A stretch of DNA of 21,383 nt, taken from NCBI GenBank assembly GCA_046089945.1, contig JBJSYU010000394.1, forward strand, positions 1 to 21,383. The letters run 5' to 3'. Position numbers and translations under genes: made by a program. This document shows positions 1 through 8,759 of the stretch, piece after piece (within the stretch, counting starts at the first letter, position 1; each line of letters opens with the position of its first letter). This stretch comes from Candidatus Methylumidiphilus sp. (GTDB lineage: Bacteria > Pseudomonadota > Gammaproteobacteria > Methylococcales > Methylococcaceae). Under the pieces are notes generated by a model. It saw nothing but the letters and a program-made list of their open reading frames with translations, had not been told where the DNA came from and searched no databases.

Positions 1-918
1 GTGTTCGACAAAACCGGCACCATCACCGAAGGCCGGCCGCAAGTCACCGACATGGCCAACCTCTCCGGCCTGCCCGACGGCCTGCTGCTGGCGCTGGCCG
101 GTTCGGCGGAACTGCACTCCGAACACTTCTTAGGCAAAGCCATCGTCGCCCATGTCCGCGAATTGGGGCTGGCGCTGACTGACCCCGCCGCGTTCCAAAA
201 CGAACCCGGCCGCGGCGTCCGCGCCGAAATCGGCGGACGCTTGCTGTTCATCGGCAACCGCCCCTGGCTGGAGGCGCAGGCCATCGCCACTGGCCCGGCG
301 CAAGCCATCGCCGAACACCTAGGCGGCGAAGGCAAAACCCCAGTGTATATGGCGCTGGACGGCGAACTGGCGGCGGTGTTCGGCATCGCCGACCAAGCCC
401 GCGCCAACGCCCGCGAAGCCATCGCGCAACTGCATGCGATGGGCGTCAAAACCCTGATGGCGACCGGCGACGTGCCGGCCGCCGCGCACTACATCGCCGC
501 GCTGGTCGGCATCGACGAAGTGATTGCCCAGGCCCGCCCGGAAGACAAGCTGGCCATCATCCGCGAATTGCAGGGACGGGGCGAAAAAGTCGGCATGATC
601 GGCGATGGCATCAACGACGCCCCGGCGCTCGCCGCCGCCGATGTCAGCCTCGCCATCGGCGGCGGCGCCGACGTGGCGATGCAGACCGCCGACCTGACCC
701 TGGTCAACGGCGACATCAGCAAAGCCGCCGAAGCCATGGAACTCAGCAGTTTCACTATCCGCGTCATCCGCCAAAACCTGTTCTGGGCCTTCGGCTACAA
801 CATCGTCGCCATACCGATTGCCGCGCTCGGCAAGCTCAACCCGATGATCGCCTCGGCGGCGATGGCGATGAGTTCGGTGTCCGTGGTGCTGAACTCGCTG
901 CGCCTGCAAAAGAAGTGA
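1..918 (+). CDS. Heavy-metal-translocating P1B-type ATPase, C-terminal 305 aa (5' end outside window)
   Basis: The ORF is open at the window start and begins at the DKTGTIT phosphorylation motif. It then shows ATGD, the GDGINDAPALA hinge motif and two terminal hydrophobic helices. Metal specificity cannot be read because the CPx helix and N-terminal metal-binding domains lie upstream of the window. Confidence 0.9.
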   Translation: MFDKTGTITEGRPQVTDMANLSGLPDGLLLALAGSAELHSEHFLGKAIVAHVRELGLALTDPAAFQNEPGRGVRAEIGGRLLFIGNRPWLEAQAIATGPAQAIAEHLGGEGKTPVYMALDGELAAVFGIADQARANAREAIAQLHAMGVKTLMATGDVPAAAHYIAALVGIDEVIAQARPEDKLAIIRELQGRGEKVGMIGDGINDAPALAAADVSLAIGGGADVAMQTADLTLVNGDISKAAEAMELSSFTIRVIRQNLFWAFGYNIVAIPIAALGKLNPMIASAAMAMSSVSVVLNSLRLQKK

Positions 919-1724
919 AGACCGACAGCCTGTTTTACCGCCTGCTGCAAGCCCAGCCCACCCTCGCCTTTGAACTGGCCGGGGTGGACGCGCCGGACGC
1001 CTCGCGTTATGGGTTTATCTCGCAGGAAATCAAACAAACCGCCTTCCGCCTAGACGGCATCGCCGAACCGCCCGCAGACCGGCCCGACGCGCCTAGGGGA
1101 TACATCGAAGCGCAGTTCCAAGCCGACGCCGGCTTTTACCTGCGTTTTGTCGGCGAAATCCTGCTGCATCTCAAGCAATACCCCTGCCAAAATCCTTGGC
1201 AAGCCGTCGTGATATACCCCACAGCCGCCACCGAATGCCTCTCGCCAACGACGGCCCCGTTGCTGGCTTTGCCGAATTTGCACCGGGTTTATTTGGACAA
1301 ACTGGCATTATTGGACAGCACCAACCCCAAACTCTGGCTCATCGCCCTAATCGTCGCCGAACAGGCCGCGATACCCCCCATCGTGCGCAAAGTCCAAGCC
1401 CATCAGCAAACCGGCCCCACCGACGGCATCGACTGGCTGGATTTGCTGGAAACCATCCTAGTCTACAAACTGCCAAAATTCAGCCGCGAGGAGATTCAAA
1501 AAATGTTCAACTTCACTGATGTAGGTTTGAAAGAAACCCGGTTTTATCAGGATGTGCTGACTGAAGGCGAAGCCACCATGCTGCTGCGCCTATTGGAACG
1601 CAAATTCCGCCCGCTGCCCGAAACCGCCCGCCAGCGCATCGCCGCCGCCGATGCCGAAACCCTGCTGATCTGGGGCGAGCGGTTGTTGGATGCCAAAAGT
1701 TTGGATGAGGTTTGGGGGCGCTGA
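915..1724 (+). CDS. Rpn-family PD-(D/E)XK recombination-promoting nuclease / putative transposase homologue (DUF2887-like N-terminus, DUF4351-like C-terminus)
   Basis: 269 aa. The N-terminus MKTDSLFYRLLQ is the characteristic start of DUF2887/Rpn-like proteins. It has an E..K...R.DG ... EAQFQ nuclease-core-like pattern. The C-terminal LLRLLERKF.PLPE...I....LLIWGERLLDAKSLDEV resembles the DUF4351 tail. The GTG start at 915 overlaps the ATPase stop (GTGA). Confidence 0.7.
   Translation: MKTDSLFYRLLQAQPTLAFELAGVDAPDASRYGFISQEIKQTAFRLDGIAEPPADRPDAPRGYIEAQFQADAGFYLRFVGEILLHLKQYPCQNPWQAVVIYPTAATECLSPTTAPLLALPNLHRVYLDKLALLDSTNPKLWLIALIVAEQAAIPPIVRKVQAHQQTGPTDGIDWLDLLETILVYKLPKFSREEIQKMFNFTDVGLKETRFYQDVLTEGEATMLLRLLERKFRPLPETARQRIAAADAETLLIWGERLLDAKSLDEVWGR
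1503..1724 (+). CDS. Putative intragenic small protein (RpnS-like, 73 aa) from an internal in-frame start of the Rpn-like gene
   Basis: In-frame ATG at 1503 preceded by GAGGAG at 1488-1493 (9-nt spacer). The product is exactly the C-terminal domain. The call is inferred by analogy with E. coli RpnL/RpnS and has no direct evidence of translation. Confidence 0.35.
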   Translation: MFNFTDVGLKETRFYQDVLTEGEATMLLRLLERKFRPLPETARQRIAAADAETLLIWGERLLDAKSLDEVWGR

Positions 1725-1757
1725 AGCGATGATTAAAAGGCTGGCGAAAGGCGCGTT

Positions 1758-2294
1758 TTATTGAACCAAAACCGGCCTAATCTGCGCCACCCAAGCTTGT
1801 ATGCGTTCCTCCGTCAACATGCCTTGAGTGCGCTGGTCGATGACGAGGCCGACAAAACGGCCATCGACGATTGATGCGGACTGGTTGAACGTATAGCCTT
1901 CCACGCTCCAATCCCCGACCATCTCCGCGCCATACCCTCGCAATACCCTATGCAATTGGATCATCGAACTGGCGAAGCGGTCGGCGTAGCGTTCCTGCGC
2001 GCCTAAGCCAAACAAGGCGATGCGCTTGCCGGACAAGTCCACCTCGCCTAAGGCTTGCAAAAACTCCTCCCAATTCGCTTCGATGCAGCCGGCGCTGCGG
2101 CCGGGCATCGCGCCGTCGCCATAGCTGGGAATCCCCAAAATCAGCGCGTCATAGCGCAAAAAATCCGCCGGCTGTACGCGGTTGACGTTGACCGGCTTGT
2201 CAGCGGCCTCGTCGCCTAGCAGCTTGTGGATCTTTTTGGCGATCAGCCGCGTCGTGCCGGTTTCTGTGCCGAAAAATATGCCGATTTTGCCCAT
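1758..2294 (-). CDS. Long-chain flavodoxin
   Basis: 178 aa. It has the N-terminal FMN phosphate-binding loop KIGIFFGTETGTT, and its length and pattern (LILGIPSYG, ALFGLG, FVGL.ID) match FldA-type flavodoxins. Confidence 0.9.
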   Translation of the reverse strand: MGKIGIFFGTETGTTRLIAKKIHKLLGDEAADKPVNVNRVQPADFLRYDALILGIPSYGDGAMPGRSAGCIEANWEEFLQALGEVDLSGKRIALFGLGAQERYADRFASSMIQLHRVLRGYGAEMVGDWSVEGYTFNQSASIVDGRFVGLVIDQRTQGMLTEERIQAWVAQIRPVLVQ

Positions 2295-2457
2295 GGTTCA
2301 CCTTTGATTAAGTGGTTGATTGTGCGGCGCTCTAAAGCTTGCCGCACCTGCGGATTGAATCTGTGATATTCTTTTTTACGCTGTACTGCGGCTGGCTATC
2401 AGCAGCATCCTCTGAGGCTTCACTTTACCTAAAAAACACGCACGGGAGAACCCTATA

Positions 2458-2931
2458 ATGAGCAATAGAAAATTCGCCGAATGGTCAGATGAATTAAGTG
2501 TCGGCATCGAGGAAATCGATGTGCAACACAAAATGCTGGTGGAACTCGTCAACCGTCTGTATGAGGAGAGCATCGTCCACCGGGCAAGTATCGAAGTGCT
2601 GGAGGATATATTGAACGAATTGGTGGAATACACGATTATCCATTTCGCCGTCGAGGAGAGCCTGTTCCGCATTTTCGATTATCCCGCCACCGAAATCCAC
2701 ACCCAACACCACAATGACTTAAAGGCGCAAGTGTTGGAATTGCAGAAGAAAGTGCGGCGTGGCGAGGCCACGGTCAATACCGAGCTGCTGGTGTTTTTAA
2801 AGAACTGGCTGTCTTACCATATTCTCGAAGAAGACCAGCTTTACGGCCCGTTTCTGGTGCAGCAGGGCGTCAAAAGCACATCGCCGAAAAGCTCGTGGCT
2901 GAGCCGTCTGTGGCGCAAAGATTCCAAGTGA
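2458..2931 (+). CDS. Bacteriohemerythrin (hemerythrin-like metal-binding protein)
   Basis: 157 aa. The opening W.D.LSVGI.EID.QHK is typical of bacteriohemerythrins. Di-iron ligands appear in the expected order (H in VQHK, HFAVEE, HTQHH, HILEED). GGGAGA lies upstream of the ATG. Confidence 0.9.
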   Translation: MSNRKFAEWSDELSVGIEEIDVQHKMLVELVNRLYEESIVHRASIEVLEDILNELVEYTIIHFAVEESLFRIFDYPATEIHTQHHNDLKAQVLELQKKVRRGEATVNTELLVFLKNWLSYHILEEDQLYGPFLVQQGVKSTSPKSSWLSRLWRKDSK

Positions 2932-3063
2932 CGCCACGCCGTCCCGCAAAAACAGGCGGTTGCGGCGGGGCAAATCCAGCGCCGCGCCGCCGCGCCGGCT
3001 AGGACGGCGGCGTTGCAAGATGGTAAACTTTCCGCATTTTTCAAGCGAGATTAACCAAACATC

Positions 3064-3591
3064 ATGCAGCTCGTCCTCACCGTCGCCGGGGAAGACCGCC
3101 CGGATTTGATTGAGGAACTGGCCCGCACGGTCAGGGATTGCAAGTGCCATATCTTGGAAAGCCGAATGACCGAACTGGGTTCGGAATTTGCCGGCCACCT
3201 GTTGGTGGACGGCAACTGGAACCACATCGTCAAGCTGGAAAACGCACTGGAAGCCATGGCCGTGCGCTACCGCATGAAGATTGCCAGCCTGCGCACCAAG
3301 GAGCAGCGGCCCACGGAAGAAAATGTCATACCCTATGGCGTCGATGTCTTCGCCAGCGACCAGCTCGACAACATCCACGAACTGGCCGACTTCTTCACCA
3401 AGCGCGGCATCAAAATCCTGGATCTCAGCACCAGCCGCTACCCCGCCCCGTACAGCGCCACGCCCTTGTTCATGGCCCGCATCATCGTGAAGATTCCAGT
3501 GAACCTGCGCATCGTGTCCTTGCGCGACGAGTTTCTGGAGTTTTGCGACCAGCAAAACCTCGATGCCATCTTGGAACCCGTCAAACGCTGA
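3064..3591 (+). CDS. gcvR: Glycine cleavage system transcriptional repressor GcvR-like (tandem ACT domains)
   Basis: 175 aa. LVLTVAGEDRPDLIEELARTV.DC.C.ILESRM..LG.EFA matches the GcvR/ACT N-terminus. It sits immediately upstream of bcp, the same gcvR-bcp synteny as in E. coli. Confidence 0.72.
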   Translation: MQLVLTVAGEDRPDLIEELARTVRDCKCHILESRMTELGSEFAGHLLVDGNWNHIVKLENALEAMAVRYRMKIASLRTKEQRPTEENVIPYGVDVFASDQLDNIHELADFFTKRGIKILDLSTSRYPAPYSATPLFMARIIVKIPVNLRIVSLRDEFLEFCDQQNLDAILEPVKR

Positions 3592-3609
3592 TTTTTTAAG
3601 GAGCCGCCC

Positions 3610-4086
3610 ATGGACACCGTCGCCCTCGGACAGACCCTCCCCGAATTCACCGCCCCCGCCACCTCCGCCACCCACTTGTCGCCGTCCGCCCTGCGGGGCA
3701 AGCCTTGGGTGCTGTACTTTTACCCCAAAGACAGCACCCCCGGCTGCACCCAGGAAGGCCAGGACTTCCGCGACCGGCATGCCGAATTCGTCGAACTCGG
3801 CGCGGCCGTCTTCGGCGTCTCCCGCGACAGCCTGAAATCCCACGAAAATTTCAAAGCCAAACAAGGCTTTCCGTTTGAACTGGTGTCCGACGCCGAGGAA
3901 ACCCTGTGCGCGTTGTTTGACGTGATTAAGCTGAAAAACATGTATGGCAAACAAGTGCGCGGCATCGAGCGCAGCACCTTCCTGATCGACGCGGAAGGCC
4001 GGCTGGCGCATGAATGGCGCAAAGTCAGCGTCAAAGGCCATGCGCAAAAAGTGCTGGACGCCGTGCGCCAATTGGCTGGCGCTTAA
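3610..4086 (+). CDS. bcp: Thioredoxin-dependent thiol peroxidase (peroxiredoxin Bcp)
   Basis: 158 aa. It has the peroxidatic-Cys motif FYPKDSTPGCT, then G..V.GVS.DS and STFLID as in Bcp/PrxQ. AAGGAG lies 7 nt upstream of the ATG. Confidence 0.92.
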   Translation: MDTVALGQTLPEFTAPATSATHLSPSALRGKPWVLYFYPKDSTPGCTQEGQDFRDRHAEFVELGAAVFGVSRDSLKSHENFKAKQGFPFELVSDAEETLCALFDVIKLKNMYGKQVRGIERSTFLIDAEGRLAHEWRKVSVKGHAQKVLDAVRQLAGA

Positions 4087-4107
4087 GGAAGCTCTGATTA
4101 AGTCTTT

Positions 4108-4212
4108 GCTCCCTCCTCCTCGCAGGGGGAGGGTTGGGGTGAGGGTCTTAAAATCCAATGGTTTGCCCCTCACCCTAGCCCTCTCCCCACGGGGCGAGGG
4201 GAAGGGGGAAGG
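4108..4212. repeat. Pair of inverted G/C-tract REP-like elements (GGGGTGAGGG / CCCTCACCC type)
   Basis: GGGTTGGGGTGAGGG (4131-4145) is the reverse complement of CCCTCACCCTAGCCC (4167-4181) at 13 of 15 positions. Each half also has its own CCCTCC..GGGAGGG or CCCTCTCCCC..GAGGGG hairpin. The element lies directly after the bcp stop, so it may also act as a transcript-end structure. Confidence 0.6.
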
Positions 4213-4226
4213 GAGCCAAAGGCTTC

Positions 4227-4248
4227 CTTAAAGCGCTCTTAAAGCGCT
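4227..4248. repeat. Perfect tandem duplication of an 11-bp unit CTTAAAGCGCT (x2)
   Basis: Read directly: cttaaagcgct at 4227-4237 and again at 4238-4248. Each unit contains the palindrome AGCGCT. The duplication lies about 80 bp upstream of the PIN-PhoH gene start. Confidence 0.8.
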
Positions 4249-4324
4249 GCCTGCGACTACAGTGCCCCCGCATCTTTCCCAGCCCGGCCCACGGGACTCT
4301 CCCCCAAACCTCAACAGCAACACC

Positions 4325-5725
4325 ATGGACAAAAAACTCTTCATCCTCGACACCAACGTCCTGATCCATGACCCCTCCGCGCTGTTCCGCTTCCAGGAAC
4401 ACGGCATCTACATCCCGATGATCGTGCTGGAAGAACTGGACAACTCCAAGAAAGGCTTCACCGAAGTCGCCCGCAGCGCCCGCCAAGCCAGCCGCTTCCT
4501 CGACGACCTGATCCGCCACACCGACGTGCAGGCCATCCAAGACGGCATCCCGCTGCCGCAAGTCCAGTTTGCCACCCGCATCGACGAGCGCTGCACCGGC
4601 CGGCTGTATTTCCAAGTGCAGCGCCTATCCTCCGACCTGCCCGACTCGCTGCCCGGCAGCGTCGCCGACAACGCCATCCTCGGCACCGCCCTGGCGCTGG
4701 CCGGGGCGCTTTCCGACACGCAAGTCATCCTGGTGTCGAAAGACATCAACATGCGCATCAAGGCGTCGGTGCTGGGCATCAAGGCCGAGGACTACCACAG
4801 CGACCAAGTGCTGGACGACGTCAACCTGCTCTACAGCGGCATGGAAGAATTGCCGCTGGACTTCTGGGCCACCCACGGCAACAAACTCGACTCATGGAAA
4901 GACCACGTCGGGCGCACCTTCTACAAAGTCGCAGGCCCGCTGGTGCAAAACTGGCACAGCAACCAGTTCCTTTACATGCCCGACGACTCGCAGTTTGAAT
5001 GTCTGGTGCGCAAGCTCGAAGGCGGCACCGCCACGCTGGAATTGGCCCGCGACTACCGCGCCATACAGCACAATGTCTGGGGCATCCAAGCCCGCAACCG
5101 CGAACAAAATTTTGCGCTGAACGTGCTGCTGGACCCGGACATCGACTTCGTCAGCCTGCTCGGCCAGGCCGGCACCGGCAAAACCCTGCTGGCCTTGGCG
5201 GCCGGGCTGGCGCAGACCTTGGACGACAAGCGCTACAAAGAAATCATCATGACCCGCGAAACCATTCCGCTGGGCGAAGACATCGGCTTTTTGCCGGGGA
5301 CGGAAGAAGAAAAAATGGCCCCGTGGATGGGCGCGCTGCTCGACAACCTCGAACTGCTCAGCGACCAAGGCGACCACGGCGACTGGGAGCGCGGCGCGAC
5401 CAGCAGCCTGATCGCCAACCGCGTCAAAGTCCGCGCGCTCAACTTCATGCGCGGGCGCACCTTCCTCAACCGCTACATCATCCTCGACGAGGCGCAAAAC
5501 CTCACACCCAAACAGATGAAAACCCTCATCACCCGCGCCGGCCCAGAGACCAAAGTCATCTGCCTAGGCAACCTCGGCCAGATCGACACCCCCTACCTCA
5601 CCGGCACCACCTCCGGCCTGACCTATGTCGTGGACCACTTCAAAGCCTACCCCCACGGCGCCCACCTCACCCTGCGCCGAGGCGAACGCTCCAGGCTGGC
5701 GGATTTTGCGGCGGAGACTTTGTGA
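4325..5725 (+). CDS. PIN-domain / PhoH-like ATPase fusion (PhoH2 / YlaK-type)
   Basis: N-terminal PIN signature (KLFILDTNVLIHDP ... VLEELD). C-terminal PhoH P-loop (LLGQAGTGKTLLALAAG) and Walker B (YIILDEAQNL). I prefer the ATG at 4325 (MDKKLFILDTN) over the ORF-track GTG at 4262, whose 21-aa extension is Pro/Ser-rich and not domain-like. Confidence 0.85.
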   Translation: MDKKLFILDTNVLIHDPSALFRFQEHGIYIPMIVLEELDNSKKGFTEVARSARQASRFLDDLIRHTDVQAIQDGIPLPQVQFATRIDERCTGRLYFQVQRLSSDLPDSLPGSVADNAILGTALALAGALSDTQVILVSKDINMRIKASVLGIKAEDYHSDQVLDDVNLLYSGMEELPLDFWATHGNKLDSWKDHVGRTFYKVAGPLVQNWHSNQFLYMPDDSQFECLVRKLEGGTATLELARDYRAIQHNVWGIQARNREQNFALNVLLDPDIDFVSLLGQAGTGKTLLALAAGLAQTLDDKRYKEIIMTRETIPLGEDIGFLPGTEEEKMAPWMGALLDNLELLSDQGDHGDWERGATSSLIANRVKVRALNFMRGRTFLNRYIILDEAQNLTPKQMKTLITRAGPETKVICLGNLGQIDTPYLTGTTSGLTYVVDHFKAYPHGAHLTLRRGERSRLADFAAETL

Positions 5726-5762
5726 CTTAAGGTTACGCACAACGGCGGGTTTGAGAATCGAC

Positions 5763-5895
5763 GTAGCGTCGGCATCCCTGCCGGCCACAATGGAGCGCCA
5801 GCATCCCTGCCGGCGCGGTGTTTGGGCGGTTTGGGTCAATCTTTTTGAGAAGGCGGGCTTGCCGCCCGCTTCGCCGGCAGGGATGCCGGCGCTAC
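5763..5895. repeat. Cluster of three copies of a ~22-bp REP-like hairpin element (consensus GTAGCGCCGGCATCCCTGCCGGC)
   Basis: The copies are at 5763-5785 (gtagcgtcggcatccctgccggc), 5793-5814 (gagcgccagcatccctgccggc) and, inverted, 5873-5895 (gccggcagggatgccggcgctac). Each copy contains the self-complementary GCCGGCA-N3/4-TGCCGGC. The same element recurs at 10034-10131. Confidence 0.75.
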
Positions 5896-5916
5896 CAGAA
5901 GGGCACGACTACCCCC

Positions 5917-5944
5917 AAAAAAAATCGCCGCCGCTACGCGGCGA
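5917..5944 (-). terminator. Rho-independent terminator of the caspase-FGE gene
   Basis: On the minus strand a 7-bp GC stem (TCGCCGC / GCGGCGA, 5925-5931 with 5938-5944, 6-nt loop) is followed by eight U (5917-5924). It lies about 45 nt downstream of the stop at 5990. Confidence 0.65.
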
Positions 5945-5947
5945 AAA

Positions 5948-5989
5948 GCAGAAAACAGAAGGCAGGAGACAGAAGACAGAAGACAGAAA

Positions 5990-5996
<7 letters not shown>
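5948..5996. repeat. Heptanucleotide microsatellite, seven tandem units NCAGRAR (plus strand); YUYCUGN, with UCUUCUG recurring, in the minus-strand mRNA
   Basis: Units read directly: gcagaaa acagaag gcaggag acagaag acagaag acagaaa tcagaag. The array overlaps the stop codon and last codons of the caspase-FGE gene and fills its 3' UTR up to the terminator. Confidence 0.8.
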
Positions 5997-7747
<1,751 letters not shown>

Positions 7748-7862
7748 GGCATGGCTCGGCTTAAAAAAAGGGGTATGTGGGGAAGCGGCCGGCATCGGCG
7801 CAAGGGTTATGCGGCGTAGACCGCACAGCGCGTTGCGCCGGCATCAAATTCAGCCTTGCCAA

Positions 7863-8063
7863 TTAGCCGTTCAGCTTGCCGCTTTGCAGTGGCTCAAGCT
7901 CCGCCAGCGGCAGGCCGGTAAAATCCGCCACTTGGTCAGCGGTTAGCCCTGCGGCCAGCATCTTTTTTGCCGTCGCCAAGGCTTGCTTATGGGCGCCGGC
8001 CTCTATGCCTCTCTCCCGACCCAATTGGTAAGTCGCCAGTTTTTCCACGTCGATGGTCAGCAT
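7863..8063 (-). CDS. Putative intragenic small protein (RpnS-like, 66 aa) from an internal in-frame start of the Rpn gene
   Basis: In-frame ATG at 8063-8061 preceded by GAGGAG (8075-8070, 6-nt spacer). The full-length start at 8672 has no recognisable SD. The call is inferred by analogy with E. coli RpnL/RpnS. Confidence 0.35.
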   Translation of the reverse strand: MLTIDVEKLATYQLGRERGIEAGAHKQALATAKKMLAAGLTADQVADFTGLPLAELEPLQSGKLNG

Positions 8064-8672
8064 TTTCAACTCCTCAAGTATGTCGATGTTTAGGTCGCGG
8101 TTGCCGGCCAGTATGTCCAGCATGTCCACATATTCGCGCAAGCGCTTCGGGTTTTCGCCAAAATGCCGCGACAGCCGAGTCAATATGGTATGGACGACTT
8201 CGCGGGGCCGTTGGCCTTTGAAGTCGCAGAGTATCGCCATGACCCAAGCGTCCGGGGAATCTTGGCGCAGGAAGCTTTCGCCGTCCACCTGCTGCATGTC
8301 CACCATGCGGTAGCGGTATTGGAAATCCGGCATGTCCACGCCGTCCGCCATGGTCAAGCGGTTCTTGCCGATATACAGCAGGTATTGCCGCACCGGCTGG
8401 CCGGGGTGGGCCAGCATGATGTCGCTGAGGTAGCGCAGCATCCGCGCCGGCATATGGCTCTGGTTGTCGTTCTGGATTTCGATGTGCAGCAAAAAGGTTT
8501 CCCCGTCCGGCAGCGCCACTTGCGCCAGCAGGTCGGAGCGGCGCTCTTCCACGCGCTGCGTCTGCGTGTCCAGCAGCACGACGCCGACGACCGGCAGGCC
8601 GAACAAATGGGTGGCGAAGTCGCGCACCAGGATTTTCAGGATGCGTTTGGAGATGATGTCTTTTTTGCCCAT
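7863..8672 (-). CDS. Rpn-family PD-(D/E)XK recombination-promoting nuclease / putative transposase (YhgA-like)
   Basis: 269 aa from the ATG at 8672 (MGKKDIISKRILK...). It has a nuclease-core pattern (RSDLLAQV...FLLHIEIQ) and a typical Rpn tail (GRERGIEAG...LAAGLTADQVADFTGLPLAELE). The longer ORF-track version (to 8837) would run through the tRNA-Lys gene and its terminator, so it was rejected. Confidence 0.72.
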   Translation of the reverse strand: MGKKDIISKRILKILVRDFATHLFGLPVVGVVLLDTQTQRVEERRSDLLAQVALPDGETFLLHIEIQNDNQSHMPARMLRYLSDIMLAHPGQPVRQYLLYIGKNRLTMADGVDMPDFQYRYRMVDMQQVDGESFLRQDSPDAWVMAILCDFKGQRPREVVHTILTRLSRHFGENPKRLREYVDMLDILAGNRDLNIDILEELKMLTIDVEKLATYQLGRERGIEAGAHKQALATAKKMLAAGLTADQVADFTGLPLAELEPLQSGKLNG

Positions 8673-8759
8673 GGCGGCGGGTGTGGTGGCGGGCGGGATG
8701 GCGTCTGAGTATCGGCCAAGGCCGGCGCACTGGTCAAGCCGGGGCTTGTGGCGGGCAAT

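Noticed and set aside
319-909. 196-aa minus ORF and other ORFs overlapping the P-type ATPase fragment
   Set aside because: They are antisense to a frame that carries the DKTGT and GDGINDAP motifs. The translation is His/Arg/Gly-rich low complexity.
2295-2457. Fur box in the divergent flavodoxin/hemerythrin promoter region
   Set aside because: Flavodoxins are often iron-regulated, but neither TTGATTAAGTGGTTGATTG nor GATTGAATCTGTGATATTC aligns acceptably with the GATAATGATAATCATTATC consensus by eye.
2797-4173. 458-aa minus-strand ORF, the longest unexplained ORF in the left half
   Set aside because: It is antisense to three well-supported genes (hemerythrin 3' end, gcvR, bcp). The translation is low-complexity Gly/Ala/Arg-rich (a run of eight G) with no recognisable domain. 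This is a typical shadow ORF in GC-rich DNA.
4262-4324. GTG-initiated 21-aa extension of the PIN-PhoH2 gene
   Set aside because: The extension (MPPHLSQPGPRDSPPNLNSNT) is Pro/Ser-rich and precedes the point where the PIN domain begins in homologues. The ATG at 4325 gives the canonical MDKKLFILDTN start. This is not certain.
5763-5895. CRISPR array
   Set aside because: The repeats are about 22 bp, occur in both orientations with irregular spacing, and recur at 10034-10131 upstream of yihY. This is REP-like behaviour, not CRISPR, and no cas genes are present.
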